Assembly: GCA_951406725.2 (NCBI GenBank)
Contig: OX597826.1
Span: forward strand, 74,028,001-74,092,000
Length of the DNA stretch: 64,000 nucleotides
Origin: Octopus vulgaris
Taxonomy: Eukaryota
Direction: 5' to 3'
The translations under genes were made by a program, and so were the position numbers. The number at the start of each line of letters is the position of its first letter. The first letter of the stretch is position 1. This document shows, piece after piece, positions 1-13,582 of the stretch. The notes under the pieces were generated by a model, which did no database searches, was not told the DNA's origin, and was given only the letters and a program-made list of their open reading frames with translations.

Positions 1-574
1 TAAAGAAGCCGTACGTAAAAGCACCCATTGCACTCTCGAAGTGGTTGATGTTAGGAAGGGCATCCAACCATAGAAACCAAATCAGACTGGGGTCTGGTGC
101 AGCCCCTCAGCTTACCAAACCTGGTCAAACCATCCCAGCCATGCAAACATGAACAATGGATGTTAAAAAGTCTGTTGCTTTACTGTTATTCATCCATTTG
201 TGCTAAACTGTTGCACAGGATTGATAATTTATCACACAAAAATGCAGATGCCCTCGAAAAGCGGATGAAAAGAAAAGTTGGGATTGAATACAATCAGCAA
301 CAAATACGGACATACAAACACCACAAACAAATCCTTTTCCCTGACCCTTTTTTTTACACCTTGTTCATTATGAGATTTCTACAGGTAAACCGAGTTATTC
401 CCTTCTGAAACAAAGTATCCAGGAATGCATGAAAACTTTGATATAAACAAATCACCTAAATTCAGCAACACAACCAGAGAGTTGGCAGCTTCCTTTAAAG
501 TCAATATAAACAAGAAGGTTTTGATTTGGGTGGTTTCATGCTATACAGAATCTTTTATCTTTTACTTGAGGTCA

Positions 575-906
575 TATTGGGGGCATTGCCTTAATGAATT
601 CTACTCAAACAAATTGACCCCAACACTTTTTATTTTCATAAAGCCTGGTACTTATTCTATTTGCCTCTTTTGCTAAACTACTAAGAGGGATGTAAACACA
701 GCAACACTGACCGTCAAGTGGTGACACAAACACACACATATACACATACAACAAGCTTCTTTCAATTTCCGTGTAACAAATCCATTCACAAGGCTTTCAC
801 CAGCCCGAGGCTATGGGAGAAGACACTTGCCTAAGGTGCCATGCAGTGGGACTGAACTTGGGACAATGTGATTGGAAAGCAAACTTCTTACCACACAGCC
901 ATGCCT
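575..906 (-). mobile_element. SINE-A, decayed
   Basis: Reverse-strand homology to 7305-7727. Confidence 0.75.
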
Positions 907-1356
907 GTTTTTCTAGAAAAACACTTTTTATCTTCACATTTGACATGGCAATCACCCATTTCCACAGATTACTAAATAACTGCAGCAGCTATTCCAGTTT
1001 CTTGTTATCCTTTCACTCCTGCGCAAATTTGTTGCATTACATGTTTTATCCACTTTTTAAATGGGCTTTTTACACACCTGCAAAATTCTGCACAACAAAT
1101 TTTATTTTCATTTCCCTTTCAAAGAACTTTCCAGAGTAAAAAAATACTAAAGCATTATCGGAGTGAAACCGACAAGTATATTTATTTTTTGCTTATTACA
1201 GAGGATAAACAGAACCAATATCTTTAAATAACTATTCAAATCTACCATGAGGAAAGACAATCATTTCTCACTTCACATTTAAACCTTTGGTATTTTAAGA
1301 CAAAATTTTTGGTTTATAATACCAAAACTGCCCTAAATAACCGTATCCATTTACAG

Positions 1357-1762
1357 CAGTGGTTCGCAACCTGTGGTCTCTGTAAATGTAGCACATGGAA
1401 GTGGATCTGTGAACTAAATTCAAAATTTCACATATATATACACACACACACACACACATAATTATAAGCATGTTAACCTTTTCGTTACTGTATTTATTTT
1501 GAGGTTCTCTGTGTTTCTTTCAATCAATTTTAAATATAACAAATAATTTAGTAAAATAACTTAGTTATCATTAAGCTTGTGTTAGGAACATAAATTGTGA
1601 CTGGGGGAAAATTTTAATTAAAAACTTATGAAAACAAGATATTTTACTACAGAGTCAGAGGTGGTTTTAGCCAAGTTGGTATCGAAAGAGTTAAAAGGGG
1701 TCTCTGGGAAAAATCATTTAAATAAAAGGGGTCCTTGGTAGTGAAAAGGTTGGGAATTACAG
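1357..1762. mobile_element. hAT-type MITE with a nested TTAA MITE
   Basis: CAGTGGTTCGCAACC...GGTTGGGAATTACAG; 8-bp TSD ATTTACAG/ATATACAG. Confidence 0.7.
1472..1694 (+). mobile_element. TTAA-flanked (piggyBac-like) MITE family 1
   Basis: TTAA-CC(C/T)TTTCG...CGAAAG(A/G)G-TTAA, about 225 bp; five copies in the window. Confidence 0.85.
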
Positions 1763-2321
1763 ATATACAGCATGACTTCACTGGAAAAACGATTTCTTTC
1801 AATTAGTTAACACGATGATGTAAAATTTATGCACCTTACCATTTAGCATTTAAACTGGTTGTATCTGGCCCATATAGTAGTCTACCTAGATCTAGCCTTT
1901 CACATCTACCCTAGAATGTCATTCTAAAATAAACAGCCACCTCATCAAAATCTTGCATGATTAATACAAAACCATGTGCATAAACAAGCACCATCTTTGA
2001 GTAAATAATCTGAATGATAAAGGGTGAAATGATGTACTAAGTTTCTCAAACACTTCAAAGCCTTGACACATCAAGTACAAATTTCCTAAAAGTAATGAAA
2101 CCACTGATGTTATTTACGGGTGAAAAGGGAGCCCTTCCAGAAAACAGGAATAACCAGAATCCATTCTAGAAATCCATTAACAACATGGGTCTCATGTCGA
2201 AATATATATTTATATTGCAATCATGGCCCAATGCACTACCGTTTTTATTTCTCAACGGCTTGTCTTCAATAGCACAATGTTGATGAACGACAAACTTGTA
2301 TTTATAACAAGATGATTATAC

Positions 2322-2692
2322 AGGTGCAGGCATGGCTCTGGGTTCAGTTCCACTGCATGGCACCTTGGGTAAGTGTTCTCTATTGGCCTTGAGCCAAGCA
2401 AAGCTTTTAGTGGATTTGGTAGATAGAAACTGAAAAGAAGCCCATTGTGTGCATCCCTGTGCATGTATATATAACTGTGTGTGCATGTCTTTATTTGTCC
2501 CTCCACCATCACTTGACAACCAATGTTGGTGTGTTTATGTCCCTGTAACTTAGCAGTTCGGCAAAAGAGGCCGATAGAATAAATACTAAGCTTACAAAGA
2601 ATATGTCCTGGGGTCAGTTTCTTCCGACTAAAACTGTTTAAGGTGGTGCACCAGCGTAGCTGCAGTCAAATGACAGAAACAAGCAAGAGAGT
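2322..2692 (+). mobile_element. SINE-A
   Basis: Homology to 7305-7727. Confidence 0.85.
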
Positions 2693-3601
2693 ACAAGAGG
2701 TCTGCTATTATTATCTATCATCTGGTACCCAGAAGTAGCTTCAGCATCATTTGCAGATGAAGAAAGTCAACAAATACGTCAAGAGGAGCTGAAGGGTGCC
2801 ATTTACGGTTTGTAAGAAACAAACAATCCAGGTACGTGCTGTCAGCAATTACTCAGGATGGGGCAGTTGGTGACCTTCACGTAGTAAACTATCACCAAAA
2901 GATTTGTTAGTAGATAAAAGGATAAAAATATATAAAGATAGTCACTATCCTTTGCTGGAAAGGGGGAAAAAATGGAAATTAGCTAAAACTGAAGGAAAAA
3001 ACACAAAAAAATAAGTGAAACACAGGCGAGCAACTGAGTTGAAGGCAGATTTACTTTTGCCTTTATAGCACATAAAGAAAACGGTGTTGTACGAGTGTAC
3101 ACAGTACGTGTACTACAGTAGTACTATGTGTAGCTTAAATACTGAGATTGAAAGGTAGGGGAGAATTATGCATATCTAATCTATAAACAAAAAATAAAAT
3201 ATTTTGCATTTTATGCAATCAGATTAACCTTCATAATTTTATTGAATTAGGTGCATATTTTGCCATAACAAGAAAATATTGCTATCGATCTATTTTATTC
3301 AAGGTAGGCACTACCTACCTTGCCTACCTAGGTGGTACGTCCCTGAAACAATCCCAACTGCAAACTAAATAGTACAATGGATTAAATGATCGCTCTGCTG
3401 CTAGAGGAAGACTGAAATCTATCATATTGTTTTACTAACACCATAAGTGATCTAAAACCTAATTTGTTGCCCAACTCATAATCAGAACAATCCTTAACAT
3501 AATGGAACCATATTGCAAAGACATAAATTTATGCCTCAAAAGAAAAGAAAATTTTTTTTAAAGCATTGAATTTCTTTGGGTTTCACTAGTTCTTAATTAC
3601 C

Positions 3602-3820
3602 TTAACCCTTTAGTGTTCAGATTACTCTGTTAAATGTAATACTTTTTCACTCAAATTGTTTTGAATCAATCATGCATTATCTTATAGCTTTGAGGTTTCA
3701 ATGATGTGATTGTTTATTTTCAGAATGGCATTGTAGGTTAGGAGTGAGAGGCTAGATATCGCCAGTTTGAATATAAAACATGTAGAATATATTGGGCCGG
3801 ATTTGGCCGGTTTAAACACT
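3602..3820 (+). mobile_element. TTAA MITE family 2 (TTAACCCTTTAG...CTAAAGGGTTAA)
   Basis: Related copies at about 1837-2027(-), 9570-9776(-), 12759-12920, 23383-23608, 27030-27225 and 31573-31781. Confidence 0.75.
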
Positions 3821-6799
3821 TGTCATAGCAGACATTTAAGTGATTACATATACAATCAAAACAAAACTGACAAAATATTTAGGCTGTACAGTTATGAAAG
3901 TGTTTGCCCAGCAATTACATGGTTCCGGGTTCAATTGCACTGAATGGCACCATGAGCACTTGTCTTCAACAATACTTCTTATATTTGCATTTCTGAATTG
4001 TATTGTTTCTTTGTGTCCAGTTACTCAGTGAATTCAACAAACAGTGAATGATAAAATAAGTCCAGACAGAAGTTCTGGGCCAATTTGAATGCAGAACCTC
4101 AGTATGGAAAATACAATAACTAAAACAATACAATATACATTAATACAATCAACCATGCATATATTCACAAATATATATATATATATATATACTTGGTGTA
4201 GAACTTATTAAAAAGCAATGAAGTAAGCTTGAGTATAGAATACATTATACAAATAAATTTTACAATTTTTTTCTAAGCTGGCACTGAACTTGAAAATAAA
4301 AACCACCATGACAATGAATGGTAAAAGAACCAATATGAAGAGTGGCCTTAGCATAGATAAAGCCCAGGTAGGAAAGACTGGTTTAATAACCATCAGATAC
4401 AATGAATGAATGAATGAATGGAATTTTACTTCAATGGTTACTTATAACTTGTATCATCTGGAGATAAGCACAGTTGTAGTATTTAGATTCTTCAGGGACT
4501 GGAATGTAATGGAGGGATGTAGCAGAGAAATATTAATGGGGGAAGGTTGTTGATGGGTAGATTTTTGGTAAAGTAGAAGCAGCAGAAAACTAGAAGAGAG
4601 TGAAGAGAAGAATCTACTCAACTAAAAAGGTTAGAATACTTTTACACACATGTATATAGTTACAAAGATTTTAGGGAGAATTCATACATACATACATACT
4701 GACATGGCTATCCACACAATAACACAGATATAGACAGATAGCCAATATAAACACATATATAATACGTGCATGCACACACACGTCCACTTACAGATATGGT
4801 TAGAGAGACATACTCGCAAAAGTGTGTATTTATAGATGGTTAGATAGACGTGCATGCATGTACATGAAAGAGAGGGGCTCTTTTCACAACCATATGGTTT
4901 TGAGTTTGTCTTTGTGGCATCATCTAATATAGCTTTGAGTTGACCAACATCATCACTTTTACATCTGCTTCTCCATGTTGGCATGTGTTGGACAAAGACA
5001 CATTTGTCCAAAATATTTGTCGTACTTCATGTCTGCATTCCTTGCTGACATAAGATTCAACAGAATGCAACAGGCTGGAAAACCACTTCTTGCCCATGTC
5101 TTAGTTTTGGTTTGGCATCTACAGTTGGCTGTCCTTTCTAATGGCAACCACTTTACAGAGTGTACTTGGGTACTTCATTTTTGACACTGGTACTAGTGAC
5201 ACCATTCTGTAACTGGCAAGACTAAAGAGCCTTCTCAAAGGAGGGTATAGTAAAAAGGCTAAGTGGCTTTATGCAAGATATTAAGAGTAAAGTATGACAG
5301 AAGCAACAGGAACAGAGTTTATTTTGCTGTAGAAGAGATACAAGGTTAATACCATATCAGTAAAGATCTCTTTGCAACAGAAACCACACTGGCTTTCTAA
5401 CGGAAGATTGTTGGTGATAAGATGGCAAGTGAGGATTCAGAAGTATTCTTGCCAACATTCTGTCAGCAACCAACAAGAAAAAATACCAGTAAGATTGTCA
5501 TATGTACAGATAAGTGTAACATATTTGGATTCTTGGGTTATGGCACCTGTTGACCACATGAAGGAAAATAGCTACTTTTCAACAAGTACTTTACCACCAC
5601 AGATGTATAGTTCAGCAGGAAATGAATTTGCACTTCTTACAGGCTCACAATGCATTTACAACAAGGAGCAACTGCAACACACTACAACACACACTATAAA
5701 ACAAAACTAGATGGAAAAATATTAACAGATGAATACATCCATATACAGAATTCACCACAAAAAAAAAAAGAAAAAAAATCATAATACTTATGGAAGCAAT
5801 ACAAATATCACAGTGCAAAGCAAAAATCTTTTCTACTCCAAACACAAGGCCTGAAATTTTTGGGGAGGAGGCCAGTTGATTAGATCGACCCCAGTACGCA
5901 ACTTAATTTATCGACCCTGAAAGGATAAAAGGCAGTCAACCTCAGTGGAATTTGAACTCAGAACATAAAGACAGACGAAATACTGCTAAGCATTCCACCC
6001 GGCGTGCTAACATTTCTGCCAGCTTGCCGCCTTATACAAAGCTATAATACACACAGAAAACACACACATGTCACAAATAGGAAGCTAAGCAGATGATTGA
6101 TGATATGTAATTCTAATGGCCAAAATATGTGCCTGATGATGTGGAATTAACAGTTAAATTCTGGCAGTAAAGTTTACATAAATAAACTTGGTCATTATAA
6201 AAGAAGTAGTACAGAAGATACAAAAAACCCCCTCATATCCTGATAATGAGACCAATATAATCTGGAAATGTTGATAAAAATGAATTTAGGTACATTACAG
6301 TTACAAACAAACTGCAAGGGTCTTATAAGAAATATTTGGGGAGGGGGAGAAAGATAAAGGAAAAAAAATGAAGATTAAACTAAAATATGTACATTCACTT
6401 GCTTTTGTGTCTGTTTTTCCATGTTAGCATGAATTCAAATTACCTTCCACTTTAACACCATATTCTTTACAAAAGTGGTCACAACAAAGAGTTCTCACAT
6501 GAATTTATGTTTTATAATATCGACGGGGTGCAAGATTAAACAGGTACTTAAATTTGCTGCACAGGTATGAGATCCCACACATGATAAAAGGCACCAGTCA
6601 AAGACGCTACTTGGAAGACTCTTTGGAAGGCTCATGCCTGTTATTCAAAAGAGACCAACTTAGTCACACTGTGTCATGCTGATAATATCCAACAATTATA
6701 TTTAATTATACATACACACACACAAATACAAATACATATATTACATAGTCCTGGGCCAGCTAAAGTGAGTGAATTTGGTAGACAGAAACTGTCTACCAA

Positions 6800-7028
6800 A
6801 GGCGACAAGCTGGCAGAAACGTTAGCGTTATTTCATCTGCCGTTATGCTCTGAGTTCAAATTCCGCCGAGGTCGACTTTGCCTTTAGATTCAACAGAATG
6901 CAACAGGCTGGAAAACCACTTCTTAAGTACCAGTTTCGCACTGGGGTCGATGTAATCGACTTAATCCCTTTGTCTGTCCTTCTTTGTCCCCTCTATGTCT
7001 AGCCCCTTGTGGGTAATAAAGAAATAAG
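6800..7028 (+). mobile_element. SINE-B with a replaced core segment
   Basis: B-box GAGTTCAAATTCC, tail AATAAAGAAATAAG. Other copies at about 5824-6032, 9043-9255, 38483-38697, 40510-40690, 45996-46211, 52150-52360 and 63758-63978. Confidence 0.85.
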
Positions 7029-7304
7029 AAACTGAAAGTAGCAGATTATGTCTGTGTGTTTGCATCTGTCTTGATATGAGTGACATTAAGTAATAGGTGT
7101 AAGCAAGTGTCACCATCAGTCAAACAGGGTCAGTGACAGGAAGACAGCAGAAAGCTGGTCTCAACAATTTCCAACACATGCAGGCATAGAAAACTGGACA
7201 TAACAAAGATGATGATACTTATCAACACACTCACACACACGTGTATATGTATTATACCAGCATGGAAAGTAGACATGAAGTAATGATGATGATATATATA
7301 TATA

Positions 7305-7462
7305 GAGTGGCTGTGTGGTAAGTAGCTTGCTAACCAACCACATGATTCCGGGTTAAGTCCCATTGCGTGGCATCTTGGGCAAGTGTCTTCTGCTATAGCC
7401 CCGGGCCGACCAATGCCTTGTGAGTGGATTTGGTAGATGGAAACTGAAAGAAGCCTGTCGTA

Positions 7463-7517
<55 letters not shown>

Positions 7518-7727
7518 TTGTGTGTCTGTGTTTGGCCCCCTAGCATTGCTTGACAACCGATGCTGGTGTGTTTACGTTCCCGTCACTTAGCGGTTTGGCA
7601 AAAAGAGACCGATAGAATAAGTACTGGGCTTACAAAGAATAAGTCCCGGGGTCGATTTCCTCGACTAAAGGTGGTGCTCCAGCATGGCCGCAGTCAAATG
7701 ACTGAAACAAGTAAAAGAGTAAAGAGT
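7305..7727 (+). mobile_element. SINE-A: tRNA-derived SINE with central (TA)n(TG)n, young subfamily
   Basis: A-box TGGCTGTGTGG, B-box GGTT(C/A)AGTCCC, tail GTAAAAGAGTAAAGAG; shares diagnostic sites with 51592, 58160 and 62794. Confidence 0.9.
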
Positions 7728-8589
7728 ATATATACACACACACACATACAGGTTTGGCCAAATCTAAGGTTCTCTGGTAGTTCAACAGTTACAGTGGGAC
7801 TTTGTCCCACTGGGTTTGCAGGACATCCTTGTTGAGCTCTATGGATCATTCAGGACAAGGCTTGTCTTCTAGGCTGTACTTTCCGGCTCAGAATTTCTGG
7901 GACCAACACTGACACCAGCTTATGCTTATTGTCCGATCCCCATACACTGCATTAATATTCCTTGCACTTTCTGTTGTGTTGTTGCCCTTATTGGGACTCA
8001 TAATGCCAAATATGCTCCTTTGTCACTTCCATCATAGCTTTGAAAAAAAAACAGCTGTTAAAATCGAACTGCACTCTTCAAAACTTGCACTAAGAATAAG
8101 TACAAGGTAAAATTACTACTTGCTTTTATTGCAAGTTGATGCAAGTAGTTTATCCCACCCATCCCCGACTTTTAGTTCATGCAATTGAAAAAAAACCCAC
8201 ATTATTTATGGGACGACCCAATTAAAGGCACCTGTCCAAAGTGTTGTGCAGTAGGACTGAACCTGAAACCACACAGTTGAGAAATGAGCAGACACACGTG
8301 AGGGTGAATGATAAAGAGCAACATATGTGTGAACGAGAAACATGAAATACTAATTGTATTCATAACTATTAAATGAGATCCAATATTGATTAATGTTTGT
8401 GCAAATGACATAAATTAACTTTCTTTTTCACTTGCTAAGTGCATGCATTCATTAGGCTCTGTGTGTGTGTGTTCATATGTTGTGTATCGTTATTTTGAAT
8501 AGGTTTTTTTTTTCCACCCCTGCTCAAGTGTTTTATGTGTCTGCATGTTGTTTGCGTTTCCTTTGTCCCTTCAGAGTTAGCGACACCAC

Positions 8590-8984
8590 TTTATATGGAT
8601 GGAAGCACTCCGTCGGTTACGACGACGAGGGCTCCGGTTGATCCGAATCAACGGAACAGCCTGCTCGTGAAATTAACGTGTAAGTGGCTGAGCACTCCAC
8701 AGACACATGTACCCTTAACGTAGTTCTCGGGGATATTCAGCGTGACACAGAGTGTGACAAGGCCGGCCCCTTGAAATACAGGTACAACAGAAACAGGAAG
8801 TAAGAGTGAAAGAAAGTTGTGGTGAAAAAGTACAGCAGGGATCACCACCATCCCCTGCCGGAGCCTCGTGGAGCTTTAGGTGTTTTCGCTCAATAAACAC
8901 ACACAACGCCCGGTCTGGGAATCGAAACCGCGATCCTATGACCGCGAGTCCGCTGCCCTAACCACTGGGCCATTGCGCCTCCAC
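8590..8984 (-). mobile_element. SINE-E: tRNA-Arg(TCG)-derived head (OR-family-like)
   Basis: Minus strand GGAGGCGCAATGGCCCAGTGGTTAGGGCAGCGGACTCGCGGTC...GGTTTCGATTCC. Confidence 0.85.
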
Positions 8985-10015
8985 ACCTCTTTATAGCATG
9001 TTGGTAGAATAAAACTGAACATTTTTCATTATTTAATATTTAAGGCAGCAAGCTGGCAGAATCATTAGCACACTGGACGAAATGCTTAGCGGCATTTCGC
9101 CCATCACTACATTCTGAGTTCAAATTCCGCCAAGGTTGACTTTGCATTTCATCCTTTCGGGGTCGATAAATTAAATACCAGTGAAATACTGGGATCAATG
9201 TAACTGACTGGTCCCCTCCCCGCAAAATCCAGGCCTTGTGCTTATAGTAGTAAAAATTATTTAACACTTCTCTTTTAGGGTTTCTAAGGGTCAAATTTCC
9301 TCAAAATATTTTTTCAAGCACAATGGCTTATATCCCAGTTTGGAACATTTTAACACCACAATGTAGTGCTCAGTGAAAAATCAAAAGCACTTACAATTTC
9401 AGTAGTATATAACATTCCCATACTCAAAAGTACAAAAAGAGACTAGCCACTCAGTAAAGATGAAATCATCAAAATATAGGCAAATGAAAAAATATATATA
9501 TATACACCCAAAAATAGGAACTTAACAGTCTAAATTTTTCTATAAACTGAAAGACAGATACTGACCAATTTAGCAGTTTATCCAGCCCAAACATTCTGTT
9601 TTATGTTAAGACTGACCAGATCAAACTTATCACACTTACCCTACAATGTCATTCTAAAAATATACAAACACATCATTGAAATCTTGAAGCTACAAGATTA
9701 ATGTGTGATTAATTCTAAATAATTTGAAGAAATAAACAATACATTTGACAAAGAAATCTGAATGCTAAAAGGTTAACGAAACAACTTGTACACCACTCTC
9801 TCTAGCCATTTAAATATTTTTTTTTTAATTAATGGATTTAATCAGCAGGTAAGAAGCTGGTAAAGTCAGGAGCCACATCAGGTTTCATTGTCTGTTTTCA
9901 CATGGTTTCTACTGCTGGATGCCATTCCTAAGACCAACCAATCTGCCCACAAGATCTAGTTTATCCTCCAATCAGTCTGCACAGTCAAACAAGTTTGACA
10001 CTCCTGAGCTAGCCA

Positions 10016-10306
10016 TTTGTTTATTCCTTCTCGAGCCATGCCTGGCTCATAAGGGCCGGTTTCCCGGTTTCTTGGCGTATAGGTTCTCCACCTGGACGGG
10101 ACGCCAGTCCATCACAGGTGAGCTGCAAGAGGAAAGAGTGAGAAAAAGCTGTGGCGAAAGAGTCAGCAGAAGTTAGCCATTACCTTCTGCCGGAGCCGCG
10201 TGGAGCTTAGGCGTTGTGCTCATAAACACACACATTGCCCAGTCTGAGATTCGAACCCATGATCTCTTGACCGCGAGTCTGCTGCTCTAACCACTAGGCC
10301 ATGTGC
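10016..10306 (-). mobile_element. SINE-D
   Basis: Reverse copy of 58695-59000. Confidence 0.85.
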
Positions 10307-10324
10307 ATAGTCACTTGCATAGCC

Positions 10325-11545
10325 AATGAGTTGATACAGAATGAGATCATTCTCAATGACTTAATGTAACAGTCACATCTTCAACTGCTACAAGCATCAA
10401 ACTGACAGAATGAAGATGCAGTTTAAATGATGCCACAAGAGGCTTCTACTGATGCCCTCTTCATAGAGAGACAACTACAAAAGTTAACAAAGAGCAAACC
10501 ACTGTGCCTTGCCTTCATTGCCTGGAGAAAGCCTTCCACAAAGTAGCACCTTCTGTAATAATATGGTTGCTAAGCAAACTAAGTGAAGATCAAGGGGTTG
10601 CAAGAGGTGTGCAAGCCACGTGCCTAGATATTGTCAGTAAGGTAAGAGTTAATGAAGTTCAGCAAGGTATTTAGCCAGCAGGTAATGAGTTCAAGACACC
10701 TTCCAAATTATTATAGTTCACCAGGTCATAACAGGATTTAAAAATAGCTGCTAATGGGAATTTCTACACATTAATGACTTAGTTCTCATTGCTGAATCTG
10801 ACGGGGGGGGGGGGGGGGACAAACCTAGAAGCAAAACCTAACATCAACAAGCCTAACAGTAAATCTAGCAATGACTAAAATTTTGGATAACAGGAAAGAC
10901 AAGTGTACCACACCATGGAAAGTGGCCATAGTTTATCTGATGTAAATATGGTTTCAAAAGAGATGCAGTAGGATCATATGGAGGGCGACACAGAAGAAAG
11001 ATTTTAAAGCAGCAAAAGTAGTTCGTAGTAAGAGTACCCATGAAATAAATTCTTTCAAATGCTCAGAGGGAAGGAGTACCCTAGTTGTGGTGGAGGCTAT
11101 TCAAAAAGCTTCGCAGCCAGAGTAAGAACAAAGAAAGAAAAATTCAGGAAGCTGTTACCTTTGCTGACAACAAGGGGTAGATTGAAGAGTGTTTGTGTTT
11201 TAAGCGCATTGCTGTTATAGGGGAAAATGATCAGTGAACGTGGAGGGCATGCAAAGGCTGGAAAGGGATGAGGCAAGATACTCCACTGGATACATAATGT
11301 TATAAAATGAGTGAATGATGGAGCACAAACAAGCTGAGGGGAAAATTCCGAATAAGAGGAATCAGATATAGTGGGCAAGAGAAAAGATTTAGTGTGGACA
11401 TGTGAAAGAGAGTTGGATGAAGAAGTGCCAAGAGTTCCAAATGGAAAGAAACTGCAGGAAGAAAACAAGAAAGACATGGGAAGTAGTGAAAGTTGGACCT
11501 CACACATGGCAAGATGCTCGTCTGGAGGAGAGAACCAACTCATGC
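10325..11545 (+). mobile_element. Highly decayed RTE-like LINE
   Basis: Broken RT motif LEKAFHKV..VIIWLL.KL and C-terminal CRKKTRKTWEVVK; many stops. Confidence 0.6.
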
Positions 11546-11566
11546 AAGCTTGAAGAAAGATATATT

Positions 11567-11910
11567 CTCTTTTTTTCTCTTTTACTTGTTTCAGTCACTT
11601 GACTGTGGCCATGCTGGAGCACCGTCTTTAGCCGAACCGCTAAGTTATGGGGATGTAAACACACCAGCATCGGTTGTCAAGCGATGTTTTTTTTTGGGGG
11701 GGGGGGGGGGCAAGTAGTCACACACAACCATATACATACACATACATATATACGACAGGCTTCTTTCAGTTTCCGTCTACCAAATCCACTCACACGGCTT
11801 TAGTTGGTCCGAGGCTATAATAGAAGACACTTGTCCAAGGTGTCACGCAGTGGGACTGAACCCGGATCCATGTGGTTCGTAAGCAAGCTACTTACCACTC
11901 AGCCACTCCT
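11567..11910 (-). mobile_element. SINE-A with internal deletion and poly-G
   Basis: Reverse homology to 7305-7727. Confidence 0.85.
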
Positions 11911-13356
11911 ATACCTATATGATGATGAAACTTCTACATTTGGTACATGGCTAATACACTTTTGAAACATGGGCATAAATAATTTAAATCAACCCCAAAA
12001 TAATGAAATTCCAAGTCAGTGTCAGTAAGATTCAAATTTAGAATTGAATTCCTTACCACACATACTGATGAGCCTTATCAAACAATATTGAACTCTTAAG
12101 GCAAGTAAGCAGTAATTAACACATTTATTTACAAGCATCATCTCAAGAGACCCTTGTACATTTATATATAGAAGCTCCTAGTGTGTAGACCTAATTTCCA
12201 CAGATGTTTTAAAGAAAATGACAAAGAAGGCTATCAGGGGAACATTGGCAGATATCTACAGAGACTTTAAAAGACACTCTTAAATTAACAATTATGATAA
12301 ACAATTAACTATCATACTTTGCTTTATCATAGCTCACAAAATCACTGATCTTTTGAAACACATTTTCTATATCTTTAACAAACTGCACTACAGAAAACAA
12401 AAAATAGTATTAAAATTTATTTCAATAACAACTAACATGCTCTCATTCTTATTAAAATTCAATCTTTCAAGGTAAAAAAAAAGTAATACTATAAATGAGC
12501 TTCAAATCTTTTTATGAGTATTTCAATGAAAATAAACTAAGATAAAAATAGAGAAACATAAAGATTTTATCACTTCATGTCTACAAAGGAAATGGTTAAT
12601 ACTGGTTGACTATCAAACCGGATGCACTTGGTTAATTCAAAATGCAACAGATTGCTAGAACCAGATCAGTAAATAACCAGAATTCTTCTAAACAGTAATT
12701 AATTAAAAACATAAGTAAAAAAAATTTGCTGATAACAAAGCAAACTATTTTAACTAGCTTAACCCTATACCATTCTGATTACTCAGTCAAATGTAAAGCT
12801 TATTTTTTTATTTATTCACATTGTTTGCAATTATCTCATGACACTGAGAGTTTGATAATGTAACTGTTTACTTGTAGAATGACACTGTATGGTTATGTGA
12901 GAGGACGGATCAAACGGTTTCTTTTCATTATTCCCAACACGATTATATAAGAATAACTATGTGAACGAAATAAAAACAAACAAAAAAATCAATGAAAGCA
13001 ATAAAACTTAGAAGCAAATAAATAACTAGGACTACTCTAACTGTTGATGATGTCTGATTCACGAAAGCCACATTTCAAGGAACCCCCAACTGCAGTCAAC
13101 GTTCTTAAGGTAAAAACAGTGTCCCCTTTTTAGTTTTTTGGTCTGCTTTGGTGAGGTGTAGAAAAATATTTTGTGAAAATGTGTCAACTGGCACCAAAAC
13201 TCAGATGAATGTCACAATCAAACTAATTACCCTTAACGAACTGGTAACCGGCACTGTCAGTAACAATGATGAAGGTTCCAGTCAATTCGATCAACAGAAC
13301 AGTTTGCTTGTAAAATTAACATGCAAGTGGCTGAGCACTCCACAGACACATGTACC

Positions 13357-13582
13357 TATTTCTTTACTACCCACAAAGGGCTAAACACAGAGGAGACAAA
13401 CAAGGACAGACAGACTGATTAAGTTGATTACATCGACCCCAGTGCATAACTGGTACTTATTTAATCAATCCTGAAAGGATGAAGGGCAAAGTCGACCTCG
13501 GCGGAATTTGAACTCAGAACGTAGCGGCAGACAAAATACCGCTAAGCATTTCACCCAGTGTGCTAACGTCTCTGCCAGATCA
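13357..13582 (-). mobile_element. SINE-B (core GTCGACTTTGCCTTTCATCCTTTCGGGGTCG, MetaSINE/Sauria-like) nested in SINE-F
   Basis: 17-bp TSD CCACAGACACATGTACC at 13340-13356 and 13583-13599; superfamily label is inference. Confidence 0.88.

Noticed and set aside
2740-3345. Possible hAT transposon end (GTACGTCCCTG) with palindromic sub-terminal motifs
   Set aside because: Only one terminus seen, with no TSD or recognisable transposase motif.
8915-8984. tRNA-Arg(TCG) gene
   Set aside because: Acceptor stem is absent and the sequence continues into a SINE body; the same applies to SINE-D heads.
10803-10818. Poly-G runs (also about 11696, 30811 and 33240) as functional G-quadruplexes
   Set aside because: Simple homopolymers, the first two inside decayed repeats; lengths unreliable and no evidence of function.
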